DNA from: Lenisia limosa
Taxonomy: Eukaryota > Protista > Breviatea
Reading direction: 5' to 3'
Length of the DNA stretch: 64,000 bases
Assembly (NCBI GenBank): GCA_001655205.1
Contig: LPNZ01007402.1
Coordinates: 1,218 to 65,217 of the forward strand
Below the pieces are notes generated by a model that was given only the letters and a program-made list of their open reading frames with translations, ran no database searches and had not been told where the DNA came from. Positions within the stretch are counted from its first letter, which is position 1, and each line of letters opens with the position of its first letter. The translations under genes and the position numbers were made by a program. Shown piece after piece: positions 48,459-60,900 of this stretch.

Positions 48459-51400
48459 ATGGTTGTTGAAGAGGATGCTGAGGGGAGGGATGCACATGTC
48501 TCACAAATATTAACAGTGAAGCATCTCTTAGCTAATTTTGGAATCGCTGACGGTCTTCCGGAGAGAGCCAACCTGCCACTGAGTACTCCTCTCTTCTACT
48601 TCTCTACGGTGGAGGGGTTAGTTTTAGATGGATTTCCCATTGGAGCCGCTAATATCATCTTCAACACTCTCCACACTCCAAGTACTTCCGTTCTGAGCTC
48701 GTCGTCATCACTTCCAAGCGCCTCTACAATCCCTATGTATATGCCTCCACTGGACAGCAATGTACAGCCAATTATGTCAGTTCCCATTGCACAGCCGGGT
48801 CTTCTTGTCAACCCCATACCTCAACAAAATGATGACCAGCACCGTGCAGCTCTGGTAAGCGATGGAATTATTCTGATTCTTCACCTAGGAAGTCTTAAGA
48901 GAGATTAAATACGAAGGGATTTTGATTCCCCCTTTTTTTTAAAGTTCACATCCCATAACTTCCTTTTTGGCACTAATTCCAAGTTCCCCAAGCTGCTTCT
49001 GACGTCATATGATACTGATACTTTTAGGACGACTTGGCAGGAGGAAACATGTCCTCTCAGGTTTGATGGCAAACTCACTTAATTTTGTTTAACTCAAAAT
49101 TTTGCTGTCTAAGCACTAGGGCTTCACTTCGGTTTGAAAAATCCTGGTAAAATATCGATAGTTTTCGAGGATTTATCGACAAATTTACTCTTCTTCGAAC
49201 CGAAGTGAAGCCCTACTTAGCCCAAAACTATCCAGTTGAGTGTGTGATCCCCTCTCAGGCTGGCTTGGAGCTCTTCGCCCAAACAAGTAGCACGTCGGAG
49301 TATCAGAGACAGCCCGGGCTTTCAGCAGCAGCACAAGGCATCTTCGTTACAGCATCATGTCAAATAATGTTCCCGAACCAAGCAGTAGATATAGAAGGTG
49401 CGGGAAGAATACCTCATAGCATATCAGGACCGTCATAACCGTTCAGATTTGATTGCGAACAAGCCACCCCTGAGTGTTGTTCGCTCTCCACCACAGGCTG
49501 TCTTCAACCGAATTGAACGCAATCCTGTTGTTGCGGTGAGGGTTGAGAGAACCGTGGTGAAAATACATCCTGGTTTTTCTATTTTTTTTTTTTTTTTTNN
49601 NNNNNNNNNNNNNNNNNNNNNNNNNNNNNNNNNNNNNNNNNNNNNNNNNNNNNNNNNNNNNNNNNNNNNNNNNNNNNNNNNCAACCTTCTTCTCTCATGC
49701 TATTCTGCTGTATTCTGTTTTGGTATGTCCGATATTGAACCGAACTCCTGTAACTTTTGTAATGTTCACTTGCAGGTTTATTCAATTTTTTGATGGTATT
49801 GGCTATTAGTGAGATAATTTCATCAACGTCGTACTGAGCCTTTTTTCTTACAACTCAGTCACGATTGGAGGAGCAAGATGTCAAGTCCCCTATAATTGAC
49901 TTCCCTGAAGGGTAAGAAGAAGTCACCCACCCCCCTTTCTTCTTTTCTGATTACTTCTTTTATTATGTGATCAATGTTTCTCAGCAATTCACTGACTTTT
50001 AAGATTCCGAGCAAGACTCCCAGTTACTTCTGAGCTGTAGGAAATGGCTTTTTTCATTTTTAATAAACTCTTGAAGCTTCTTTTACAATTATATGTGGTC
50101 AAATAAACCTTGTTTTATTACTCATCTCTATGTGATATGATATATATACTAATTCAGATACCACCTTATTTTATTTCTCATCTCTATATATATATGATAT
50201 ATATATATGATATATTACTAGTAAAACAATTGATGATTTTGTTCTAATAATATTATACTATTAATATAATTAGGATTGACATTATGTACTGTATGCTTTC
50301 TCTGAAGTCTCCTCTTCCGTCATTTCCCATCCTCAACTCAAGATGCTCAAGATTTACGGTTGGATGAGTACATGGTTTCATTGTCAATAATAAAGCAAAT
50401 GATGATTGACACCTTAGAGTCCTCTTGCCGCCCTCAATGCCATCTTTACTATCCTGGAGGAAGAATCACAGACTGGAAAAAGTTGGTGAATGTCATTCAA
50501 CTTCATTAATAATGCCCTCGTTACTAATTCTTGTAGTTGCTTTCAAGGTGCGTTGGAGGAGTTCAATCAAAGGACTTGAGCTTCCTATTCCAAGGTTATT
50601 AACTGACCTCTTTAGGACTCGGCCACTTCCTTACTTTCTCTGCACATGGCAAATCCGGTGACATTCAAATCAAAGAAAACCAATCTTGACAAAGTTTGGG
50701 TATGTCATGGGCTCATACTCTCTACTAGACATTGATATTATAATATAATATATGATATCGATATATATAATTATATCGATATCATATGTGATATGTATTA
50801 TACTATATAATATTATATATAAAATGATATCGTATTATATTTTATCGATATAATATTGTGGTTAGTTGATTTACGATTGTATGTATGTATAATAATGTTC
50901 TGTATTATTATCAAAGATGATAGTAAATGGAGTTCATATTTATTTTATTCTTCTTTTCACGTGAATATCAGCCTCATCCAACCGTTTAACTCTATAGAAT
51001 TACTCCGAGGGAATTCGCTCAATGAATGAAATCTTGACGGTAAGCCTGTTTTCAAAATGGCTGCTGAAACTATCTGGTCTTTTTGTTTACATTGCCAGGA
51101 TCGTTTCTCCATCGTGACTGTCAATGAAAGAGTTCATGTTCCTTCTCAACGAAATCATATTGCAGGAACTTTTGTTGCAGGTGAGAGGATTGTTTATTCT
51201 CTTGATTGGAGCGTATTATTGTCATTAACCTGGAAGCTGATGTTGATTATTTATGAAAAAGGTCTCATGGAGTTGACGAATGACAAGGGAGTGATGGGAG
51301 TTGAGGACCCCTGGGTTGACATGGGGCAAGGTACTTCAGGAAATGCCTACTTCGTGTACCCTTGGTGCGGAATGGTATGTTCGGGTGCAAACAAACAATC

Positions 51401-51777
51401 TCTACTGTTTTCTTTTTCTTTTTATTCTGTCTCAATTCTCATCTTCTTACCCACCCTAGACGCGGTCAGATCTTGGCAGTCTACCAACACCATACTCAAG
51501 AGTGAGTTTGGTTGAATATTTGAGAGCAATCTCATACGTCCCCCTTTTTGTTTTTTGCTTATCATTTCTTTTGATTGTTCAGATTAATGGAGAAATGCAC
51601 CTTGTTGCTTTCCTTGCTGATGTGTCAAAAAATCTCTTTAAATATGACAAGCCAACATTTAAGCGGATGTCTAAGAGAACTGGTATGTTGGCAATGTTGA
51701 ATGCTGTAGTCTCATCTAACATGCGTATACATCGCCCAACTTATGTTCAAATTTATGTTTCAGGTAAACGAGAGTAA
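48459..51777 (+). CDS. Multi-exon protein of unknown function
   Basis: Long first exon MVVEEDAEG... with S/P-rich linker, followed by spliceable exons (SPLAALNAIFTILEEE, DRFSIVTVNERVH, GVEDPWVDMG, INGEMHLVAFLADV), ending GKRE stop. Confidence 0.6.
49117..49215. mobile_element. Family 1 MITE with the best-preserved TIRs
   Basis: 22-bp TIRs match at 21/22 (TAGGGCTTCACTTCGGTTYGAA); flanks CTAAGCAC/CTTAGCCC (6/8). Confidence 0.85.
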
Positions 51778-51980
51778 TTTAAGGTAGTCGTTATTTGTTG
51801 TTTCTTGATCTGTTTCTGTTTCTGTCTGTGATATCATAAGGTATTCAAAAATTAGTTCTTGTTCTTTGTTTATTATATATTATTGGATTCTTCTTATCCC
51901 TCATACAGTCATTTCCACCAAGGTTGAAGAGAATGTCATTTTTATCTCAACTAATCTATAAAGAAATAACAATACCATAA

Positions 51981-54689
51981 CTACTGTGCTGCTTTAGGGC
52001 TCAGTGGGGACATCTTGTATGGAGGCAGCTGGTACACAGCATGAGTCAACAGTCTACTCAGATTAGAAGAAGTAAGGGTAAGGTAGAGCGATCATTAAAT
52101 ATTGTTGATTTTAGTTGTCCTTCTCCCAACCATACTTTTTCATCATCCTCGAGAAGAGGCTTTCTCTCAGCATCTTCATCAGGATACTTGAAGAAGGGGA
52201 AACTAGAAGGTTACTTCCAGAACACACACAAAAAAAGACATGCAATGAGTTGCCAGTGAATTGCAGAACCACATACGTGAAGAGCTTGTTGTATGTAAAT
52301 GTTCCAAACACAAGCACCACGAATCCTGCGGTGTAAATACATGAGGTCATTTAATAACAAAATTGAACTCAACTCACCAGCAAGCTGAATGAAACTGAAC
52401 TTTTCCCATCCTAGGCTAAGACCATATACCCAGACAACAAGGGTTCTACATCATCAAAGGCCGCAAGACTGTAATACAAGAGGCAGCGTTAATAATAACA
52501 AGACACTATTGAGCAGAAATAATATATGATACAATTATTAAACTTGGACAGTCATGAAAATAAAAATAACAAGAATGGATGATGTCAAACACAAAAAACA
52601 AATCCTTCTTTTTATTCACACCTTAGTGAATCAATAACTGATCTGTGTCCAGCAGAAAGGTCTTTGGTTACCTTCATTCCAAGGTAACTAAGAGGTAAGT
52701 CATCCTGGAAACGAAGAAGCACAATCATAGAAGCAATCAAGAAGAAGAGCATTCCCTAACATACTTGTAGACGGCTACACGAAGAGAATAAATAAAAAAA
52801 TTAGTGTAAAAAAAAAAGTAAGTAAATCAGAGAAGGTTTCTTTCCAATTAAAGCTTACGCATTGAAGTGAAACCAATAACAACTGCAAGAAGAAGATATT
52901 GTGAAGCGTGAATCTAAAATGTAATTATCGTGGTAATGTAAAGAAAAGAAAACTACAATGGCAAACCTGTTGAATAGCATAATCGGTTCTTTCGCCTCCT
53001 GAAACATACATGGAGACGCTAAGAACAAAAGCAGCTCCAATCATTCCCTACATTATTAATATATTATTGGCCCCTTTTCAAAACAAGACACTCTTGTTAA
53101 ATTTCCCTACCCAAGAGCCTTCGTATCCAACAGCTTCGAGAGGATGGATGCCATGTCCTCCAACAAACCGTTCTTCAATCTACATGCATGTCAAATGTGA
53201 TGCGTCAGTACTATTACTATACAAAATCTGACAGAAACTTTTTACCTCTAACTCAGTACTAATAAAAATAGATAATTACTTAAAGTAATCATTAAATATG
53301 ATACAATAGCAGCAGATTCTACAATGTAGTGTGAAATACAAATAGCATTTCTACAGAAAACGCACCACATATTGGAATCCTTGAATAACTTGAGCAAGAA
53401 GAACCACAGAGTTTCCAATGACCGGATCTCTAGCTGAAGCTGGAGGAGGGGTAAAACAAAGGAATATTGAAAAGCAATTACAAAGTTCGACAATTAAAAA
53501 AAAAAAAACAAGGCATTGGGCAAAATTATGGATAGATCAACGTTTGGAGAATGGAATGCTAGATCCACCTAAGTACAACCACCAACAGCTGTCACCACCC
53601 TTGATTGAAGCCACTCCGACAATGGTAACTCCAATAAGTACAAACAAAACCCCAGTCCAATGATAGGCATAGAGCTTCCTCTTCAAGAATGTCACTGATA
53701 GAAGAGCTAGGTGGTAAGGTATTGGAGAAGAATTGGGACAAAGGCTTAACAATTGATTCTTCAAATAGTGCTCTGTACATATGATAGCTATTATTATTTC
53801 GTTGCTCTAAATTCCATCTATTCCTTCACAACCTGTAATCACAACAATGAAGCCACGAAGCATTTGGAAGACTGAGGCCGAGCTCTAAAGCAATCAATAT
53901 TAAACAAATCACGGAGCACTGGACTCTTAAATTTAACCCAAACTGACGTAGTAGATACCAATCATCAAGAGAGTGGAGCCGCAGAGATCACACATGGCAG
54001 GGATAAGCATGAGGGCAGCTCTAGCGAGGCCAGTTCTGCAAGGATACTATCAGTCTTCAAGGACTAACTCTTTTCAAAAATTCTCAATTATACCTTGGAA
54101 CACCTCCATCAGGACGATGTGACTTGATTTCTTGTCTTTGTGTCCGGGATTTGCCAATATACCATCCCAACTATATGTTTAAGTAGAAGCATGAGTACAG
54201 GACCCAAAATGAGACAATAATAAAAAACAAGTTAAGACAACGAGCCATTTTCTATAAATATTTTTTTTGCCATGAAACCTCCTAACCAACCAATGATGTT
54301 GATTCAGCAGCAAACATCATGAAGACCTGAAGGATGAGGAAAACTGCAAAAGAGATTTCAAAGTATCAAAGCCAAAAAAACGTATCATGAGACTTGTGGA
54401 ACAAAATTGACACATGGATCACAAGTTGTGATTTTTATTAATTAATATTCAAATACCTGGAAGAAAGGGTGGAAGAAGGTTGAACCATATGGGTCACCAT
54501 CCTTCACTGGAATGTCGATCATGCCTTGATACTAAAAGTATAAAAAAAAGCCTCTTTTCTCTCAATATGCATTTCAAGGAAAGAAGAGATGAGAAAGGGT
54601 GTAAAAGGGTATACCTTCATTGCCAGAGTATTGATACTGCCTGTGATAAGCATTCCTATCGCTAACGGTATTAAAGCAGAAAGTTTCAT
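51981..54689 (-). CDS. SLC35F6: SLC35F6-like nucleotide-sugar/DMT transporter
   Basis: GMLITGSINTLAMK, MCDLCGSTLMMIG, ASVFQMLRGFIVV, FLKRKLYAYHWTGVLFVLIGVTIVG, GFVVLVFGTFTYN. Confidence 0.8.
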
Positions 54690-54929
54690 GCTGAAAGTAG
54701 AACAAAAAAGAGTCTTTCAACAGTTTCTCTGTCAAAAAGGTAGGGTTCGGGTTTCGTAGTATATTCTATCAATATGATGATAGAAGATTGCTTTTTCACC
54801 AATTTTTTTCATTTGTTCAGCCGTTATCTTAACCTTAAGCGTTTTATTTTTCTTTTTGCCTTGCCGGCCTTCTTATAACACCAGTGTCACCGACTTCGGA
54901 GACACTAACAACCCCCCACCGTTTTAAAG

Positions 54930-56138
54930 ATGGAAAAGTCTGCTCAACCCGCCACTAGTAAGAGGGAATAGCTATTTTAAGATTTTTTTTACCTTTGTCA
55001 TTCACCATAAACAATTGTTTATTAAATGAAAGGTTCTAATCGCTATTTTTAGGTGGCATTTCAGCTGAAGACCTTAATGTCGAACGTGAGTGGGGAAAGT
55101 TTGAGAGTCTCTTGTAATTTACCAATCTGCTTTGCCTCACGCATAGTGTGCTATTTTTTACGAGGTTAAGAGATTAACTTTTTTTTTTAGAGCACCCCCT
55201 TCACACTGACTGGGTGCTTTGGTTTGATTCTCCTCAAAGCAAGAAGGATTCTTCTACTTGGTATGATTTAAGGCAGTACTGGACTTTCTGAGGTTATACT
55301 TTTTTGGCGGGGTTTTCCTTTTTTGCTCTCCGCTCACCTTTTGAAGGGAAACCAACCTCAAGAAGGTCTATCAGTTTGGAACTGTCGAGAAGTTCTGGCA
55401 ACTCATCAACTCCATTGCCCACGCTTCACATTTGAAAGCTGGTTCCAACTACCATTGCTTCCGTGAAGGTATCGAACCCAAATGGTGAGACATTTGTACA
55501 AGGCTTTTTGTTGAAAGGTTTTTGTTGTTGGAGGTGGAATCATTGCAATGGTGAGACCTTACAGCTCAGGGAGGATCCTGCTAACGAAGGTGGTGGAAAG
55601 TGGTCCCTGATTCTCACCCAATCTCACAACCAAAACATCGACCATCTCTGGATCAACCTTGTAAGAGGGTAGTTAAATTGTATTGGAGTTTGATTTTTTG
55701 GTGTTAGATTATTGAGCTATTGTACTACTAGACTATGAGATATTCACATTGATGACAATTTAGTTGATCGGTCTGATTGGTGAGGCTTTCGAGGATACTG
55801 TCGATGTTTGCGGTGCTGTTGTTTCGATCCGTACCAAGAACAACCGTCTTGCCATTTGGACCCGCAAGGCCTGTGACGAGGCTGTCCAGAAGCGCATTGG
55901 GTGAGATATCGTTTCTTCATTCTCAGTGTCTTTCCCCCCTTACCCACGTAGTGCTCGTATGTACGAACTTCTTGAGCTTAAGGGTATCCGCAACCTCCGC
56001 CTCCAGTACCAGGTAAGCACAAGTCTGTTGTTTTGGTTTTTGTGTTGACAGTTCTTTACTCTTCAGGCTCATGAAGATGCTACTCAGTCCACTACCACCC
56101 GCCCCTCCTCTCGCTACCGCTACCCTGAGAACGAGTAA
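54930..56138 (+). CDS. EIF4E: eIF4E, class I (Trp at both W43 and W56 equivalents)
   Basis: HPLHTDWVLWFD...STW, GTVEKFW, FREGIEPKWEDPANEGGGKW, VCGAVVSIR...RLAIWT. Confidence 0.95.
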
Positions 56139-56364
56139 AACCCCGGCAGGCAGGCATGTGTCGCCTCACTGCTTTGATAAATAAACGCTTGAATAAAATT
56201 GGGGCTTGGTTACACTGCAAACTGATGTCACCCAAAAGAGTCAGCCATAACTGTACAATCCCTTGAAACCACTTCGCAAAAGAAGTCTAACATGTTAAAT
56301 ATGAAATCACAATCCGAAAGCGTTTTAGTTCCTTCGGTCCCGCCCCACGCGGGCATACAACGCC

Positions 56365-57486
56365 TTAGACGTGGTGCATGGCTGGAAGGTAGACGACCTT
56401 ACCGTCGCTGCATCCAGCTCGGGCAGCAACCTGAAATATTACGCAATATTAGGAGTGGGACAATGTAAGATAATCAGAACTGAAAAAAAGGGATAATGTC
56501 AAATGCCGAGGACTTTTTGACGTTTGGCCCTCTTACGTGTTCGCGGACAGAGTCGGGGCACTCAAAGAGCTCCCAGTTCTTGTTTGCGCAGAAGTAGGCG
56601 TCAGAAATGGCGACGGGCTTGGTGGAGAGGCCCATCCCGAAAAGACCGTTACGATGGAAGCCCTCGCATTCGAAAGAGGGAGTGAAGCCGAAGGTAGAGC
56701 GGAGCTTGTCTTCATAGTAGGTCACTGAAGAATAAGAAATGGTGTGGTAGTTTTCGGAATGCTTACAAGGGTTAGAGTCAGAGTCTGAGGGGATAACACC
56801 GGCCTCCTTGAAGTGCTCAGTAAGTCTCATGGACTGGATAAGCTTGATGCCCTTGGCAAAGTAATCGTGCTGGGAAAGACCGACGATGCAAGTCTGAAAA
56901 TGGTAAAAATCTACCCAAAAACTGTTCGTAAAGATGAGTAATATCATAATCAAGGCAGGCGATGCCCGAAGGCAAGGAGAAGGAGGCCTCGCTTACACCA
57001 TGCTTTTCCCACTCGTGTCCAAGGAACCATTCTTGGCTGTGGCGCTACAAAAGAATGAGTAAATGTTCGGTAAAACCCATAGAGAATGAGCCCAAAAAAT
57101 CGCAGTAACTCACATCAGTGAAAGTAGGCCAGACTTGCTTCAGAGTGGGCCAGAGGTCAAGAACTTGAGTCTTGTTGAACTTTTTGGACTTATCGCAGAA
57201 TTCAGGCCTGAATAGGTGAAAGGAGTCCGATAAAAAATGATCACAAACCATGTAGAGTCGTAACGTTGAGGCCAAACACCATGAAGGGTGAAGTCTTCGA
57301 TGCCAGCGGGGATCTTGTCGCTCCATGTGCCAGGCCATTGAGTAGCAACTACAAGAGTCAGAAAATCACCTTCAAATCCAATAGCTTACCAATAAAGAAG
57401 TCCCAAGACTTGTCAGCTCCAATGAAAGGAGGGTAGACTGCAGATGCCAGGGCAACGCAGAAGAAAAGGGCAAATAAGACCTTCAT
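56365..57486 (-). CDS. RNASET2: Secreted RNase T2
   Basis: Signal peptide MKVLFALFFCVALASA; CAS I FTLHGVWP; CAS II FLGHEWEKHGTC; last exon GCSDGKVVYLPAMHHV stop at 56365. Confidence 0.93.
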
Positions 57487-57930
57487 GATTGTTGTTTGAT
57501 GTACTTATGAACTGCTTTTTACAAGCAAAGTACTCAAGATCGGAAAATTTGTTTGCTCACAAATCTCTAAAACGTACGTAGATTGTATTTAGTCAATTCA
57601 ACAGGTTTAAGTATTAGTCTTGTTTAAAACAGTTTTTCTCATTTAATTTTTTTTTTCAGGAACTTTATAAACTCTTCCAGAATGTTCTACCACATTCTCA
57701 ATGGTACAAGTTTCTCTCAGAATTTTACAGCCCTCTCTCGTGCTCTCGTACCTCTCCCGAGCCTCTTCTCTCGCACCTCTCTCGAGATTGTTACTCGTTT
57801 ACGGTTTTTTAAGCTATTTGAACCCTTTATATTCTGGTGACAGTCAGATACAGCTCTCCTCTTCTCTATCACCAAACACTTTCCGTAGCAGACCACCCTT
57901 GATGAATGAAACGCCCTTGAATACAATGAA

Positions 57931-60900
57931 ATGAACGAATCACCTACGCAGCCAACTCCGTTTTGGAGGGCATCGTTTCAGCATGCTGAAGGCCAGGCAT
58001 GCCAAGCTCTCAAGGAGTGAGTACCGGATTTTTGATTGGAATCCAATAACCAGTTACATTGTAGACTTGCCGCCCAAGTCGGGGTATCCACCCCAGAGAC
58101 ATTCGAATTAACTAATGGAAAGGTGGAGAGCTTCCTTACCCAAATCAAGCAACGTAGGCAATTTTTTTTTTTTTTTGTTAACTATTTTCCTCTCACTCAT
58201 TTGTAGAAATTCTCACAGAACCAACCGTAATTCATGAGTCGGTTCCATGCTCGTTTTCTTCCATCCCTTCAAAGCCACCACTTCTACCTGATTTTCTGTG
58301 AGTTTGTTTCATTTTCTCCCAAAATTCTGCTCGGCATAATGATTGAATTGAATTTCGACAGATTGTATTTTACCTCTCTGTTTTCATGGTTGTAGCTCTT
58401 ATTTCCGTTTGCCCTTCCAAGATAAGGCCACCTTTTTTCCACCCACGCAAAAGTAAGCAGATCATTATTATATCAGCATCTATTTCCGTTGTGCCCATCA
58501 CTTCTTAGACCATCAACGATTACAATTGAGCCGATTCCTTTTCTTCCGGATTCAACTGTCTCAAAGATGGCCGTTTTCTTCAATAGGGACTACAAAGTGG
58601 CTGTTGATCATGTTAGTCCAGCGGTTTTTTAATTATTTAGTTTGTCGACATTCGGAGGAACCAGTTTTTGATGTACATTTCTGATGCGGTGGATGGAATT
58701 CGAAGCACTCCCCAAGGTTTGTATGACCCCCATCGCCTTTCCAAAACAGATGGCTAACAATAAAAATAGCAGAATTTTGGAATATTATATGATATGTATG
58801 GAAAGCAACAAATAGTCTCAAGAAATGAGATTCTGACTTTTCAGGCTCTGTAGCACCACTCCCCAACCTTCACTCTTCTGCAGAGAAATATCCTGAGGTA
58901 GGAAAGACAAGTTTTGCTAAATTGCTTTACCTCGTCTAATGATTTGTAGACCACACAAGCGTCCAAAAAGAGCAATCAGACCTTCATGGACAGTGGTCCC
59001 ATCATCGCCCCTCCAAAGGTCTCAAACAAAACCCATTTCACAAGTACTGGCGGTAGGGGGGGAGTGTTTTGCAAATCTCTTGAAAATACATATTAATGTT
59101 ACATCCATTTTTTTTATTGTTAAAATATTATACAGGTGAAGGAATAAATTGCTGTTATTATATAGCTGAATGCTACTTCGAGCTTTCACTATCAGTAATA
59201 AATTTCACTATCATATGTTTTTATTGATAACTCATCACACCATTTCAACAAACAAGAAGTTATCATTCAGGGTTGAGCTCAAACACAGCATCTCCTTTGG
59301 ACAAACAAACCCAATCGCCAAAAGTGCAGCAGCTCTGGAACACAGCAAGTAGCGTTTGCCGCAATACTTTAGCACGAGCTCAGGTATTGCCTCTGCCTTC
59401 TTTCTCTCCGTCCTTTTTGGTACTTTATTTACGTGTTCAGATGGACATTCTCATGGCCAGATCAGGAGGAGTGGAGATCAAAGTGAACTATCTCGCAATA
59501 ACGTACCTCCAAGGACTCAAAGTTGGAATGTCTTTTGAATTACAGTGAATCATCACGGCCTGCTAGGAATATGATGCATATTTATAGCACATAATGAGGG
59601 TACACAAATTTATAATATTATCGGATAGTAACACAATTAGGTGTGCCTTCAAGATATCTTAAAGTTGACATTGGACCATGGACTCAGTGAATTCGACCAG
59701 TGTGCTTGCGTCTCCTGCATTGGCTGTGTTTACTACGCCTTCTCTGCTCAGTGGCTCGGATTGGTGGCATGTATGCTGCTTGAGCCTGTCATTAATGACT
59801 AGAACTTCCTTTGGTCCTTAAGGGAAAAGATTTTTTTTTCAATAATTTTCTACTACTTTCACGGTCTTTTTCCGACCGTAGGAAAGGCATCATATTGACG
59901 TATGTAGATCAGCCGTATGATGAGGTGTCGTCAACAGTTCATCTCATTTCAACACCACGGAGGTCCTCCATTGCGTCACCTTCGGGTGCTTCTGGGGGCA
60001 TATCCAAGAGTGAGAGGGGCAGGGGAAAGGATTGAGGATTCTCAATAATTGGACTGACGTTCTAGACCCGGATGACAAGANNNNNNNNNNNNNNNNNNNN
60101 NNNNNNNNNNNNNNNNNNNNNNNNNNNNNNNNNNNNNNNNNNNNNNNNNNNNNNNNNNNNNNNNNNNNNNNNNNNNNNNNNNNNNNCACCCCTTATTTAA
60201 TTGTATGGTCTTAAATCGTATCTTTTTGTTCATACACTACGACATAGTACATATCATATTATGTCTAATACTATTTTTGAACCGGAAATAATATTATCGT
60301 TTTATGTTTAAATCAGGGAAACAAATAAATACATAGGGATATTATAAAAACAAATTACCATACTTCCGCGCCCACGCTCCTTGGCGCCCCCCCTCCCCCC
60401 AAATACACTTGGTGCTGGGGACTCCCAACAGTAGCGGGGTGAGTACTGGCTAACCATGCTCAGTCTGTCGCACCTCTGTGTGATTTCAGTGAAGAGAGAA
60501 GGAAGAAGTAGTAGTAAAAGGTCTCTAAGGAAATAAAAACTGTCCCAAAGAAAAACTAATATGAAAAAAATATATTGTGAGGCCTGGTTTTGAAGCCTTT
60601 GGGTTAAGACCTGTAATTTTCCTTGGGACACCGAGGACTGGGGGAAAAATACTTGGTCAAATTTCGTCCAATTTTCAGACCTAATAAATTCGGAGTTTTC
60701 CCCTACTATGTCCTTCCTAAACCCACCTTCCACCCACTTTTAATTTCTAGACCCTGTCTAGACCCTATACAGTCTAAAACTAGACCTCTGTCTGGGAAAT
60801 GTGACCCCCTATCGAGTAAATTTTATTTCGGTCCCAGTGAAAACCCGACCCCTTTTTTGGGTACTCCAATCAACTTTTTTTTCTCTTTTTTTTATCATAT

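Noticed and set aside
19182-49215. Introner hypothesis for the MITEs
   Set aside because: The elements sit inside pre-existing introns and do not supply the splice sites.
14760-56138. Functional cluster of RNA-processing genes (PHF5A, pinin, RRM, eIF4E, DOHH)
   Set aside because: Common housekeeping genes interspersed with unrelated ones; no evidence of co-regulation.
56474-56537. ORF-track C-terminus of RNase T2
   Set aside because: It reads into an intron; a downstream exon supplies the typical Cys...YxP ending.
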